Notes under the pieces: model-generated
Told to the model about the DNA's origin: nothing
Database searches by the model: none
Seen by the model: only the letters and a program-made list of their open reading frames with translations
From: Catajapyx aquilonaris
Lineage: Eukaryota
NCBI GenBank assembly: GCA_000934665.2
Contig: KZ538930.1
Coordinates: forward strand, 1-39,872
Length of the DNA: 39,872 nt
Reading direction: 5' to 3'
Program-made: the position numbers and the translations under genes
Shown here: piece after piece, positions 25,043-36,962 of the stretch
Numbering within the stretch: the first letter of the stretch is position 1
Layout of the letters: each line of letters begins with the position of its first letter

Positions 25043-25415
25043 TATATATGGATGCTTATAAACTTCGTTGTCCTGAACTGACCTGCCCAGATACCACGTA
25101 GACCTCGAAAATATCCCCTGAAGCACCCAAAACAATATCGAATAACCAGGGTCATAGTTGACATAAGCCGCCTCTCCGCAACGTTCACATGCTTAACACT
25201 TGGTGACAAGGCTCACCTCCTTACACCATCCCACAATAGCTTTCATACTTGAAAGGTGGATGGGGGGAAATGCCATGCTATTCATAGGTTGTTGCCAATT
25301 GCTGACCGCGCCATACTGCCAGCCTGCTTCCACCACATTCCGCCAGCAAGCCTATCTGCTCAGCAGAGTCTCCCCCACCCAAGCAAATCTCAGCTGGTTC
25401 AAGCCCTGTACATAC

Positions 25416-25865
25416 TATGGGGCTCAAATGGTTTTGGCCACTTTATCCTGGTCTTGAAGCAACCCTTCCCACACACACACCCAGACCTGTTTTCACTAAG
25501 GTGTGGCACGTAAAAAAGACAACTTTTCAAAGCGAGTGTAAACTAACCTAACCGAACCGAACCGAACCTAACCTACCCTAACTAACCTAGGCTGAGAGAA
25601 ATGGACTTTTGTGAAACCCTGCAAAACGAAATAGTGGGGTCATGTCCCCACTGTAACGGTAATATTCTCGTGTATGAAGCAGTTTTGCCCTGTCGGGACC
25701 TAAAATGTCCCCACAATTTGGTCAACGTCCCCAGAGTTACAGTTACACACCTGTTTCCGTCTCCACACCTTATTGAAGACAAGAACACACCTGCTCAACG
25801 TGGGGCCTGTGCGAAGGGTTGCTTCAAGACCAGGATAAAGTGGCCAAAACAATTTGAGCCCCATA
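25416..25865. mobile_element. Element with ~57-bp inverted arms containing an (AACCT/AACCG)n / GTCCCC-type insert
   Basis: TATGGGGCTCAAATGGTTTTGGCCACTTTATCCTGGTCTTGAAGCAACCCTTC is mirrored at 25808-25865. Confidence 0.8.
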
Positions 25866-26527
25866 GGACGTATATACACACATCATACGCCTTTCGACGT
25901 TATATGCGGGATATGTGTCTCTGGAGGGCAGGGAAATTCAGCGGTATATGCAGCAAAGCGTTCAAAGCGGGAAGAGCTTAAACGGGATAAATTTACCATT
26001 GGGCCTCATGGAGATGATCCAGAGACCCGAAAAAGGGGCGTCCAAAGCGTGATAGCGTTATATGCGGGAGCGTTACACAGTCAAATTCGATACAACGCTC
26101 CCGCATATAACGCTACTTTTGGGCTGTCCCTCGAAGAGCGTTAAATCCAGGTTTTACTGTAACGAGATTTTACTGTATTTTGTTCTACCCTTCACTATGC
26201 GACAGTGCTGTTGGTTGTAAGGTGTCAGGAGACGTTTAGGGTGTGGCGGAAAATGGGATTTGGTAGCATCCTTCATGGAAATGATAGGGCCTGCTAACAG
26301 GGAAAGCCATAACCGCACGTGCTAGTCGAGTTGTCTAGCCATCAGGTTAATTCCCATCATTCTCATTAGGAATTCATCAAAATTAAATTCCAGTTGCACC
26401 CCTAAACTATACCTCCCTTCTGCCATAAATGAAAGGCACAGCATTTTGGTCAGACTACTATATATTATGCTAGGGAATCGTCCTACCTGAAGCGTATTAG
26501 GCAGTCTTTTACCCCCCCCCCCCCCNT

Positions 26528-26776
26528 CGTGGTGGTGGGGTTTGCGTTTCTCCCATGACCCCAAGAGCTATGCCGGCGGTAGCTTCGTCTACTGGTAGGG
26601 CCACCCAAGCCGGACAGGTCTTTGGGATAGGAGACAGACTAAGAGAGATGCCAGTCTTTCCTCTCTTCTTTTTCCTCTTCGTTTCTCCCTCCATCTGTCC
26701 CACCTTTGCTTCTTCTTATAGCCAGATAGCCACAGTTGCTTTGGCTTCTTCCAAATAAACCAAACCAAACCAAACC
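26528..26776 (+). mobile_element. Short retroposon with RTE/BovB-like 5'UTR segment (copy 2), (AAACC)n tail
   Basis: Homologous to 4769-4991; ends AATAAACCAAACCAAACCAAACC. Confidence 0.75.
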
Positions 26777-27658
26777 AGTCTTTACTAAGCACCCTGTATG
26801 GGTACGCGACATGGAACAGTGCATTAGATTTCTCATTGCTGATTAATGCCAAAAGATTTTACGTTATGGAAACACGATGTGTTTAACTGCGCTCCACTGT
26901 TCTTGCCATTAACACATAGTAAAGTCACACATGTCTGAAGTTGGTTTTTAACACATTTTAAAGCACATGAACGTGTAACGCAGGAGGAAGGATGCTGACG
27001 GTACCGGACAAATTCGAGAATTGGCTTCCCTTATATACCGTAACATTTTAAATAAATGTACTAGAAAAACCATAGCTCCGCTCGAATTTTTGTATGGCAC
27101 GGGCGTAGAAAACCGCTCGCTTCGCTCACGTTTTTCTACGCCTGCCGTGGACACCGCATTTTAAATCGCTTCCGACTTATAGCCAGTGATGATGCCCATC
27201 CCCCAATCATATGTGTACTCCCACCCCACCCGTTCCTCCGTCCGTGATTCTGAACTGTTATCCACGAATCTGTACTACCTCGTGAACCGTCTGAAATCCC
27301 ACCTTTGCATTGCATGGGCTGGGAAATACTCTGCATGCATTTGCTCACCTCAACATACCAATTCCTTTGGAATTTTGAAAACCCCCAATAAATTATTGTA
27401 CGAACATAAATTCACAACCTCTACCGCCTCTACTCGCATGCACTCATCGCACGCATGTATCTAAATGATATTATGCACACTTTCCGACCAGGTTTTGTAA
27501 CTGCTCATAAGAAAGACGATCAAGTACTGATTTCATTATTCTTCCCGACAATTTCTTTTGATATTCTCGACCTATTCCCGGGTTCAGTGTTGAATATCGC
27601 AGCCAATCCTGCTTACAAACTCTCCCTGCGGTGTTGACAGGAGGTTGACCTTCTTTAA

Positions 27659-28486
27659 CCCTTTGACGACTACGGACATCATAATTATGATGTCTTGAGA
27701 TTTGCCCTGACAACTTGGGACATTTTTCAACTCGTCAAATTCCGGCCTCACCGATTTTCTTGAAATTCGGTGCATTGGTAGCCCACTCCAAGGGATGAAA
27801 ACGCACCTATTACCTGCTCGAAATAATTGACACACATTGGAGGGGGGCATATTATGTTAATGCAACGAATTTCAAGAAAATCGGTGAGGGCGGAATTTGA
27901 CCTCTGCCCCCCTCCAATATGGGTCGCAGGGTCCTTTTGGGCTTATGTCGGGTTTACAGGCCATTCGCCGAATCAATTAGGAAAGAGTACCTGCGGCTTG
28001 CTGACCCTTTGAATCGTTGTTTTGCTACTGGGTTTGAAGTTGGGGGAGTGACCAGGGACCCCGGAATTAATTCCTCTAGCTGAAGCAGAATGCAGATGGG
28101 AGCATTGTTGTCATTGTTGCCGAATCGTATGTTGCTAGGTGATGAACAAACACAACGATGAAAATGTGGAAATCGTGACTAATTGATTCGGCGAATGGCC
28201 AGAAAACTCGACTTCAGCCGGTGCCGTTTTTCATCTCTTGGGGTGGGCTACCATTGTACCGAATTTCAAGATAATCGGTGAGGTCGGAATTTTATGATTT
28301 GACCTCTGCCCCCTCAAAAATGGGTCACAGGGTCATTTTGATCAGGTAACGATAGGTAATCCGGGTAATCCGGGCAGTCCGCGGATTATTATTCATTAAA
28401 AATATCACTCTTCATCAAATTTCCGGAAAAGGGGAAAAAGAACTCAGGCCCTAAGGCAATGGCTCAAAAACTCCGTCGTCAAAAGG
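27659..28486. mobile_element. piggyBac-type non-autonomous element
   Basis: TTAA-CCCTTTGACGAC ... GTCGTCAAAAGG-TTAA, with internal ~70-bp inverted and direct subterminal repeats. Confidence 0.88.
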
Positions 28487-28699
28487 TTAAAAAACTGAAA
28501 TTATTTTGCTTTATAAACGTCCACGGAGTTGGCAGTTTGGCACCACTGCACTGATAAACAACATCCTGACCGTAGTCCAATGTTCGGCTTGTTTACGGCT
28601 TCCATTTCCCCCTCCCCTGTTGTGAGGTCACCGTGAAGACGTGGGCGGAGGAAGGTGGAAGGGTGGAGGGGTCTTCACGGGAGAGGAGAATGATGCGTC

Positions 28700-28870
28700 C
28701 TCGTTGACGTCCAGCAAGGGACTGTGGCGTTCTCCCACCCATTGCGCATGCTCGGAACGGGGCCAATCGGAGGCGTCATGGTAACAATGCGCATTGAATA
28801 CGTCGCAGCAACAATGGACGGGGGGCCAATAGGAAGAGGTGGCGGCAACAATACGGGGGCGTACCAATCA
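28700..28870. promoter_or_regulatory. Promoter-like CpG-rich motif cluster
   Basis: CCAAT at 28763, 28826 and 28864; TGCGCATGC (NRF1/Ewg-like); TGACGTC (CRE-like); CATGGTAAC, GCAAC and GGCAAC (RFX half-sites). Confidence 0.4.
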
Positions 28871-29275
28871 GAGGGCTCGGCCCCCCAACGCAAGCATTTT
28901 AATATTATAGATTAGTTACGATAGTTCCCGCGAAAACTTCAGTTTTAATCTAAAAGTGTCATTGAGTTATTAAACTAATGACCTGAAATCCAGAATGATC
29001 AGAGTAATATTGGAATAATTACAAGACACGATGATTTGAAGGGAGTGCATTAGCCCTTACTTTAATGGGGGCTTAACGTCGGCCTATTTCTGCCGCTAGG
29101 CTCAACACCGACGCCAGGGGGTGGTCCTCCTCCTGGAAATTTGGGCATTAGCCCTTACTGGATGATTTTTTCTTCCAACATTATTTTCCCACGTGAATTA
29201 TAATATACTAGTTCTTATTTAGCCATTGTATCAATTTCTTTTAATTACGAGCTTTGAGGTTACACTTCTGCCGGA

Positions 29276-29470
29276 TCGTGAGCTCTAGTGGAGATATCGG
29301 TATTAGTCATTCAAGCTGCCATCGTGTGTTGTGGGTTCGAATCCCGGTGCAACGCATCACGACTCGTGATGGGTTATTTCCTCGTGTTTCCTCCGATCGA
29401 TTCCAGAGGAATTCTGGGTGGGTTCTCTCCCTGAATGGACACTTCCTTCCTCTCCTCTCCTTCCTCTTTT
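29276..29470 (+). mobile_element. Degenerate tRNA-derived SINE related to family B
   Basis: B box GGGTTCGAATCCC followed by TTTCCTCGTGTTTCCTCC..CCAGAGGAATTCTGGG..CACTTCCTTCC. Confidence 0.55.
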
Positions 29471-29896
29471 CGGCATCGAACAAAATTTGAGCTATCTCCT
29501 TCCATGTTTCTCCGTCGTTTCGTCATGAATACACGGAACGGAAACGAAAGCCTCTTCGACGACACAACATACACCTACTGCTATGAACCAACCAACCAAT
29601 TTCCTACTACTGGTTGTCGCAAGCGATTTTCACGCATTTCAGTACACCAACACGAAAGGAGCAACTTCCCTAGACAGTAGTGTTCCTTATTCCATTCTGT
29701 GCCTATCCTGTACCTTGACATGGGCAAACAAGGAATGTAGAGACACCCTACATATAGCCAATGAAACAATGCTTTATCCGGGTGCTTGTTGCACATGGTG
29801 ATCGAAAAAGAATGCGCGGATTTAAAAACCCTATAACTCGAAAACTTGTAGACATATCTAAATGAGCTTGGTTGGTCACAATGTAAAATAATAGGA

Positions 29897-30397
29897 AATA
29901 AACTTTCCTAACTCGAATTTCTATAACTCGAAGTTCTCCATAACTCGAAGTGCTGGCGGGGCCTTACAATGGGATATCAATGCACTTTCAGTCTCCCTAA
30001 GTCGAAGTTCATGTTGGCGAGTACGGAAAATTTTCTCATTTCCCAGCCGAAGGGTCGAGAGTAGGCCACATGCACAGAAAGGCTCAATTTCCTGATCTCC
30101 GTCTACCAGACCTACCGAAAGAAGTGTTTGACTCGATTGTGACAATTGAATCCTTGGACCTAAGAGTAGGCAAATGTCCATAACGCAGTTTTTTTAACAC
30201 CAAAACAACGAGGAACATTGTAAGTGTGATATAGTTACAGTTATTTCTAAGTTTTGAACACCTTTCGTCGCTGGATATAAAGGTAGGCTTCCTTATAGAG
30301 TTCTGTGCTTAAAAAATGCCACACTTCCCTAACTCGAATCTTCTATAACTCGAAGTTTTCTCCCGGTCCCATGGAGATTCGACTTATAGTTTTACTG
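29897..30397. mobile_element. pogo/Tigger-like MITE nested in the Tc1-like element
   Basis: Subterminal TAACTCGAA repeats at both ends; right terminus GGTCCC..GTTTTACTG-TA. Confidence 0.7.
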
Positions 30398-30833
30398 TAT
30401 CTGGAGTTCCCGTTTCAATCCTATCCCGGAGATGCTGAAATATCTCTGATATTTACACCACACACATTGTTCTTGATGATTCAAATAAAAGCCGTGAAAC
30501 AAACCTGCCGTAGGAAAATTTCATTTCTTCAGCCTCCCAGTGTGCGACTTCTTGAATTAGAAGTTTCCCTATGCCTACCCCCCCCCCCCNCAGAAGCCCA
30601 GATCTTACCCCGATGGACTTGTTTGTGGTGGAGACACATGTATGGTGAAAGGATCTGGCATCTCCAGCACCTACGGGATAGGATCGCAATGGTGACATGC
30701 CTGAGCGGGTTAGGCACGACACCAATCACAGTATTTATATTTGCCAAGTGACAAAGGAAGCTCATATCGAAACAAACTATGGTAGAACCAAAACTTTGGA
30801 CGCTTCTTAGAATTTCAAAACTTAAGTCATTTA

Positions 30834-31345
30834 GGGCCGGTTGCACCAGTCACGGTATATGGAATACGGCGGTATACCGCGGTATACCGCGAGAAGTGTT
30901 GCGCCACCTACGGTTGTTCTAAAACGACCCGTTCTCCGTCCCATTTACCGCCGGATCCATCTACCCGCCGATCCTGCAGCACAAGTTGCTTATACCGCGG
31001 GTTTATGGTGTTGTCGTGGTTGCGGACTGGTGCTAGGGATTTCGTGTACTGTGTGACACCAGGTGGCAACCCTGCCACATGGTTGCCGTAGATACGAGAC
31101 GACCAGCCATACTTCCATGACGTCACGGATTGCGTCACGGGTGCTGCGATCCAATCAGGGCTCTCCAAAATTTTTGCCCGCTTACGTCTCTCATGAGCCA
31201 GCGTACTACCGAAAACGCCGCGTTTATCTGGACCGGTGCAACGCTATGGAATAAACCCGCGGTTTTTCATGGCATATACCGTGTACCCGCGGTGCAGGGT
31301 TCTTCCATATACCGTTCCATATACCGCGACTGGTGCAACCGGCCC
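30834..31345. mobile_element. PIF/Harbinger (Tourist-like) MITE
   Basis: TTA-GGGCCGGTTGCACCAGTC ... GACTGGTGCAACCGGCCC-TTA, a 3-bp TTA TSD, and subterminal TACCG/CCGCGG repeats. Confidence 0.93.
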
Positions 31346-31666
31346 TTAGATATATGTCTACAAGTTTTCGAGTTATATAGGGTTTTTAAATCCGGGCATT
31401 CATTTCGATCACCCTGTATATTTCTTTCACATCTCCGAGCATTTAAACCTGCATCGCCTAGTATCAGTGACGTTTACAGTTGGACTGGAGCTTGAACGAT
31501 GAATGCAGTACCTGTGTACAGGAACACTTCTACTTGGAAGATGAAAAGGTGTAGTTTCTGGACCATTAATTTATTATTCAAACAGGTTTTCAAATATGGA
31601 ATTCCTTGCCTGATTCTGTGGGACGAATTTATATATCCGACTCTAGAGCCATAAAATTTCCACGTA

Positions 31667-32324
31667 CGAAAATACTGTAAGTTTCCCTTCGCGATTATTT
31701 CCCAAAGTATTGTATATACGATCGTATGTATGAGGTAATATTTTGCCACCAGCAGTTAGAGGACATTATTCTGCATGGGTCAGCGCAGGAGTAAGAGGAA
31801 GAAAGAGACTTTCGCGCCAAGCATGCCCACTCCATAAGCGCTTGAGTCAGAAAGACATGGACGAACGATGAAGTGCTGGAGGTTATCGGCGAATTCCACG
31901 TCATCGACCAGACAACTGTATCTACACTAACCCGCAGCAAATGGCCGTGACAGTGCGGCAGAGGAGCAGTGGCGTCGAAGACCGTCGACGACTAAGGTGA
32001 ACGTCGAACGTGTGGATGCCACGATTCGCGCTGACCGACGGGTCACTGTCTGGTCACAGTTGTCTGGACGCTGAGGTGGAACACGCGGATAACCACTCAC
32101 ACTTCATCTGTCCTTTGACTCAAGCGCTTATGGAGTGGGCACGCTCGGCGTGAAAGTCGCTTTCTTACGCTTCCTCCTGCGCATGCACGGAGTGCACGAG
32201 GGAGACCAAATTGGCTCACCCATGCAGAATAATGTCCTCTAACTGCTGACGGTAAAAAATTTACCCACATGTACAATACTTTCGGAAATAATTGCGAAGG
32301 GAAACATTTTCGGAACGACCCTCG
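31667..32324. mobile_element. Palindromic mariner derivative made of two 5' ends
   Basis: Diverged arms of ~230 bp. Right end TTTTCGGAACGACCCTCG-TA. The spacer encodes RRPSTTKVNVERVDATIRADRRVTV (mariner GRPST..DRR.T motif). Confidence 0.88.
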
Positions 32325-32757
32325 TAGATTACTACTTCAACCAATAAACCTTGACTCTTATCACTAACAATAATAAAGTCGGGAATATACTGAGTGAGAT
32401 TGTTACCACTCTAGAACAAATTAACACTTGTAATTCATTGCCAAAGGCATCTACTGTAAAAAAAAAGCCCTAACAACTTGGGAAGTATTACTGTACATGG
32501 AGTGTGGGGGCGGAGAGAAGGGGCAATGAAGGCGCTGTCATCAAGCCACAAATCAAAGTAGATCAATGGACTTTGTTTGAAGAGACACTTTAGTGAAAAT
32601 GCTAAGTGAAAAAAGAAGTGTAAGATGCAGATGAAAGTAGTGGGGTGGTTGGGTCGAAGCAATCGAGGCACTAGGTGACTTCAGCCTAACACGTTCAGAA
32701 GTGTCGAGGTGAAAAGTTTTGACCTGTCGGTCATCCCCTGCGTTGAGTTAAGCTCAC

Positions 32758-32810
32758 CTTCCAGTTGAAAGATCGATGGGACGTGTGAACCTGAAGGTCT
32801 CCTGACCCAT
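32758..32810 (-). CDS. Possible short first coding exon (MGQETFRFTRPIDLSTG..)
   Basis: ATG followed 53 nt later by a strong donor AAG|GTGAGC, in unique sequence and on the same strand as the recursive site. No recognisable homology. Confidence 0.2.
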
Positions 32811-33391
32811 TAAACAGTCGTTCCTCCCTCCCTCCCTCCCTCCCCACCATTGCTTCCTCCTCCTTCCGCCAAATGGACGGATAGATGGCAAACCTTGTCC
32901 ATTTTCATTTTCCTCTTTTCCTACCACTACCCTGCCAAACGCTCTGAATTTCAACATCTGTCCTTTACAACCAGCCAGACTAAACATCAAAGTTCATTAC
33001 AGAAAATTGCCAAAGGCGGTAATTATGTTTGCATGCGCACCTTTTACATGTTTCGCTAATTAACTTATAATGAGCTTCAGCCTACACCAATGCATCTTTT
33101 TTTGCAAAGCTGAAGAAAAATCGCAACTGTGCGCTAACTGAAGTAAATGAGGTATGAAACGATGGGCAGGGTAAAGAAACAAGATAATATCAAATTTGTT
33201 CCATTACAGTACCATTACATTACCTATGATCGTTTATGACAACACTCTCTTCAAGGACCTTGATCGACAGGAAAAAATCCATAGTCAGTATCTACAGTTT
33301 GCATTTGAATGGGAACATAAGCCTACTCAGGCGGTATTCAAAATTTATGCAATTCTTAATGAATGTGTTCTTTAGTAAGATACGATTGAAC

Positions 33392-33396
<5 letters not shown>

Positions 33397-33456
<60 letters not shown>

Positions 33457-33728
33457 TCATACCCCGTTATCAGCCGGCGGCTTTTTAGGGGGGAAATTTT
33501 TGTTTGACTGGAACTCTTTGCTTTCATTTTATTTGCTTTTTGGGATAGGATAGGGATGGAAGGAAGCGGATGTGGCCTGTTTTTTACGGAAACGACCCCG
33601 GAATTATCCTGGGAGGACCGTGGAGAACCACATAAAACCACGGTCAGGGTCACCGGCCCCGGGATTCGAACCCAGGACCTTCCGATTAGCAGGCGGACTC
33701 CATATCCACTACACCAACCTGCTTCGGT
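33397..33728 (-). mobile_element. SINE family B (copy 2) with (TAT)n tail
   Basis: A box TGGTGTAGTGG, B box GGTTCGAATCCC, homologous to 13710-13986. 12-bp TSD ATTGAACATAAT (33385-33396 and 33729-33740). Confidence 0.92.
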
Positions 33729-35569
33729 ATTGAACATAATTGGGCAAAGAAGTAGACGCATAGGATGAAAATACTATCAGAACTCCACCACATGTCCAAT
33801 GCCTTGGAAATATACTGTCAGTAGGCCTACACAATGATAAAGAAACGAGAAAAACACAGCTGGACTGGCCCCTCAGATGCACTTGCAGCCAAAAACTCCT
33901 CCTATAAAAAATATTTCCGAACCCAACATAAAATATCCAATAGGCGATCTGACCAGAAACCATTCCTAATTCTCCTTTTGAGAATTATTCGGGACAGATA
34001 ATGTAGCAGAAGCTTTCCAAGTGACAGTGAAATCAAGCTATTAGCACTGTGGATCGAAACGTCACGGCTAGTTTTCATTAAGCGCCATCCAATGGCGTTC
34101 GACACTTGGAAATGCATACCGTAACCGTTGGCTCGCTGTCGGCAGGTTACCAGAATGATGTTGGCGTTCGATAGCGCTTGATTTTTTATCTTATACTGGT
34201 ATTTCTAGGAAGACGTGAATTTTAGAAACACCCTGTGAGCTGTGTTGTCACAATGACTCCCGGAAATCCTCCCAATTGTACACTATACGTGATAATACAC
34301 AATAGCATTGTGTCGCGAAAGGCGGAGAAGACACGTCACACGAATCGACCTTCCTTTTTATGCTTTCATTACACTTACCATATTATGTCTATTCAGTGGG
34401 AAAGGAGGGAAAGAGGGAGGATTTATTTATTTTTTGCCATTAAAAATTCTTTTTCCAAGCTTGGTGAAATTCGTAGGGGTATAGTTCAAACGCGGCTTTC
34501 GTGCTGGCCAAACTTGACATGCAGGGTGGGGGAAGGATTGGCGGGGAGGCGGTATGGGGGGGAGGGGGGAGGGGGGACTCCCTTGCTTCCCCTTTTGTGT
34601 TTCCTGCATGCAACGGGTGTAGCCCAGCTTGCACCCAGATCCACCCCTAGCGCCATAATATCCGCCATTTTGGCACAAATGCAATCCCCCCACCCAGCCC
34701 TTCATGGATGACTATCCACAAATCCTTATTCAACGTGCACTTGTCTATGACTAATGAAAATGGCGGTTGTTTCATTCGGAGTTTCACAGATCAGTCATTC
34801 AATTCAGTAGATATGAATGCTGCAGGAGTCTACTTCATTTAAAAACAGAAGATTTCCTCATTCTTCGTCTTTCTCGGGCGCTGTAAGCCTGTAATAATTG
34901 TTACTGAACAGTGAACAGAGAGTCACTGCAAGTGTTATTTCTCAAATTGACAACTTCAAAAACGTAGTCTCGATTGATATGATCTACTTCATCTTGCTGG
35001 TCTCTTGTGGACTCATGAATAAGGCAGATTTACCCAAAGGTGTGGGCGTCAATCAGATTCCCGGTGTCTGAGACATAGAGGCATGCAGGCAACGCTGGTA
35101 TAGTGGTTCTGATAACCCGATTAGATATTTTTACTGAGCTGACTATTATATAGCAATGGAGCTGTCAATTCATGCTATGAGTGTGGGATTCACGTGAAAG
35201 TCAGGTAGCTAGTGTTGGTAAATAGCTGAGAGGAGGCGGTCTTCACATACTTCCCTTCAGGCAGGAAGAGCCATGCCTGATGCTGATCTTTGGCCCAGAA
35301 TAATCTTATTAGCAGTGGTAGACCCTATTAGCAAAAAACTATTCATGCAAGACCGGTAATACTCTATATCACTATTAGAATTAGTATTGTTAAGGGTATA
35401 TTATCTTCCACAATTAATCAGATAAACAAGAGTTCTCTCAGTGATTACTACGAGCGTATTACCAAATGCATCATCCTATACTGTGTATGAACGTGCAACA
35501 ATGAAGCATGCTATAATTCTCAATATTCTGCAATTATTTGGTACAGTTTTGATACCAATCTATTGCCTA

Positions 35570-35729
35570 CACTGTAAACTGCAAAACATTAAAAGAGCAT
35601 CACTGGTGAGTCTCTCACGTAACATCAATTTTTAATGCTCTTCTGATGCTCCTGTAATTCTTTTTTGTTGCTAAAAAGCATCACTGCTCTTTTATATGTA
35701 CATGTATTAATGTTTTGCGGTTTACAGTG
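35570..35729. mobile_element. CACT-terminal (EnSpm/CMC-like) MITE
   Basis: TA-CACTGTAAACTGCAAAACATTAA ... TTAATGTTTTGCGGTTTACAGTG-TA, with internal AGCATCA repeats. Confidence 0.8.
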
Positions 35730-35831
35730 TAGTTTCCCTAGTAACATTATGTTCGCTTCCTCAGGCCGAGTCAATTGGTAAGCGACCAAAATAGAAGTTG
35801 TGTAGACTACTGTTTACACGACAGGATAGTG

Positions 35832-36061
35832 CAGTGGTTTCCAACCTGGGGGTCGCGGGCAGGGTCGGGGGTCGGGGGGGTCGCGAGCCTTTGTTCAACT
35901 TTTTTTGCCACTTCTGTGTAAATTGAACCATTTTTGCGGCGGTACAGAGTATATGTTTTCTGGAAATGGGTCTGTTATCGAAGGGGCCGNGGGGGGGGGG
36001 GTCGCACATTTATGGAAACATGTTTAGGGGGTCGCAGTTGGTAAAAGGTTGGAAACCACTG
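35832..36061. mobile_element. hAT (Charlie/Buster-like) MITE
   Basis: CAGTGGTTTCCAACCT ... AGGTTGGAAACCACTG, 8-bp TSD GGATAGTG/GGATAGTA, and GGGGTCGC subterminal repeats. Confidence 0.93.
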
Positions 36062-36906
36062 GGATAGTACAATATGGAGTGTCAAGCAAGGATTGCAAGA
36101 TCTAGCTGAAATATTGCTTATAAATCGATTCTAGGAATACATAGTGAAGTTATGTTTGTGGGATGATGATGTGAATGAAAATGCAAGTCTAAATGACAGA
36201 TGAGACGAGGAGCGTAGCAATCTAGGTAGATGTCATGTAATTGTAATGGCAATGTCCCCCACCGTCCGCTCACCGATGCCGAAGGGATGACGAGGGTGCA
36301 AAGTTGTACGAATCGGAGAAGGAGCGAAAATCTGCTCGGATATTAAGTATTCAGGGAGTGAATCTGGCCGCTTTTGTCACTGTTGCCGTGGGCTTATATT
36401 CCCTCCCCAACTTCCTATCCTTAATTCTTTCACCCTACGTTCTACTAATTCCTTGCCTGATCGTGGACAGCATACGTATGAAGAGACGAGCAGATTTTTT
36501 TTGAGGGGGGGGGGGGCATTTTTTTCTTCCACTTTTCCGGCCTACCCCATAGCAATGCCTGGTACTATAGTTTTCCCATTGGGAAGATGGGGCATGAGCA
36601 GATGCATGCGCCATTATAATTAAGTTATATCGCACTGTACATTTATTTACGTTCTGGAATCTACTAACAGGCAGATTTTTGCCGGATTATTAAGGCCTGA
36701 AATCACCATGGTCCCAACAAATCCCGCGTTAAAAGATCAGGGCCGATGCCATTTATGCATATTTGCATCCCACAATCAGAGCTCTGGGCCGGCGGGATCT
36801 ACATTGACAAAAGCGGAAACTGAAGCCCTAATCGGATGTCGTCACACAATCGTCTTTCGCTTTTGACTCATTCCCATGTTTGCCGATCCGCCCACCATGC
36901 TGCATC

Positions 36907-36909
<3 letters not shown>

Positions 36910-36959
<50 letters not shown>
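36910..36959. repeat. (TC)n microsatellite
   Basis: Directly visible. Confidence 0.95.

Positions 36960-36962
<3 letters not shown>

Larger units (their letters stand above)
23970..26175. mobile_element. pogo/Tigger-like non-autonomous element hosting nested insertions
   Basis: Left AGTAAAATCTCGATATAACGCTCTTCAAGGGAC matches right GTCCCTCGAAGAGCGTTAAATCCAGGTTTTACTG (26159) and CGAGATTTTACTG-TA (26175). Confidence 0.7.
29794..31416. mobile_element. Tc1/maT-like deleted element with nested insertions
   Basis: CATGGTGATCGAAAAAGAATGC...TAGACATATCTAA mirrors 31346-31416. A remnant PDLTPMDLF..MYGERIWHLQHLRDRI lies at about 30596-30700. Confidence 0.85.

Noticed and set aside
25540..25590. Insect telomeric (TTAGG)n
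   Set aside because: Short, degenerate AACCT/AACCG tract internal to a transposon-like insert.
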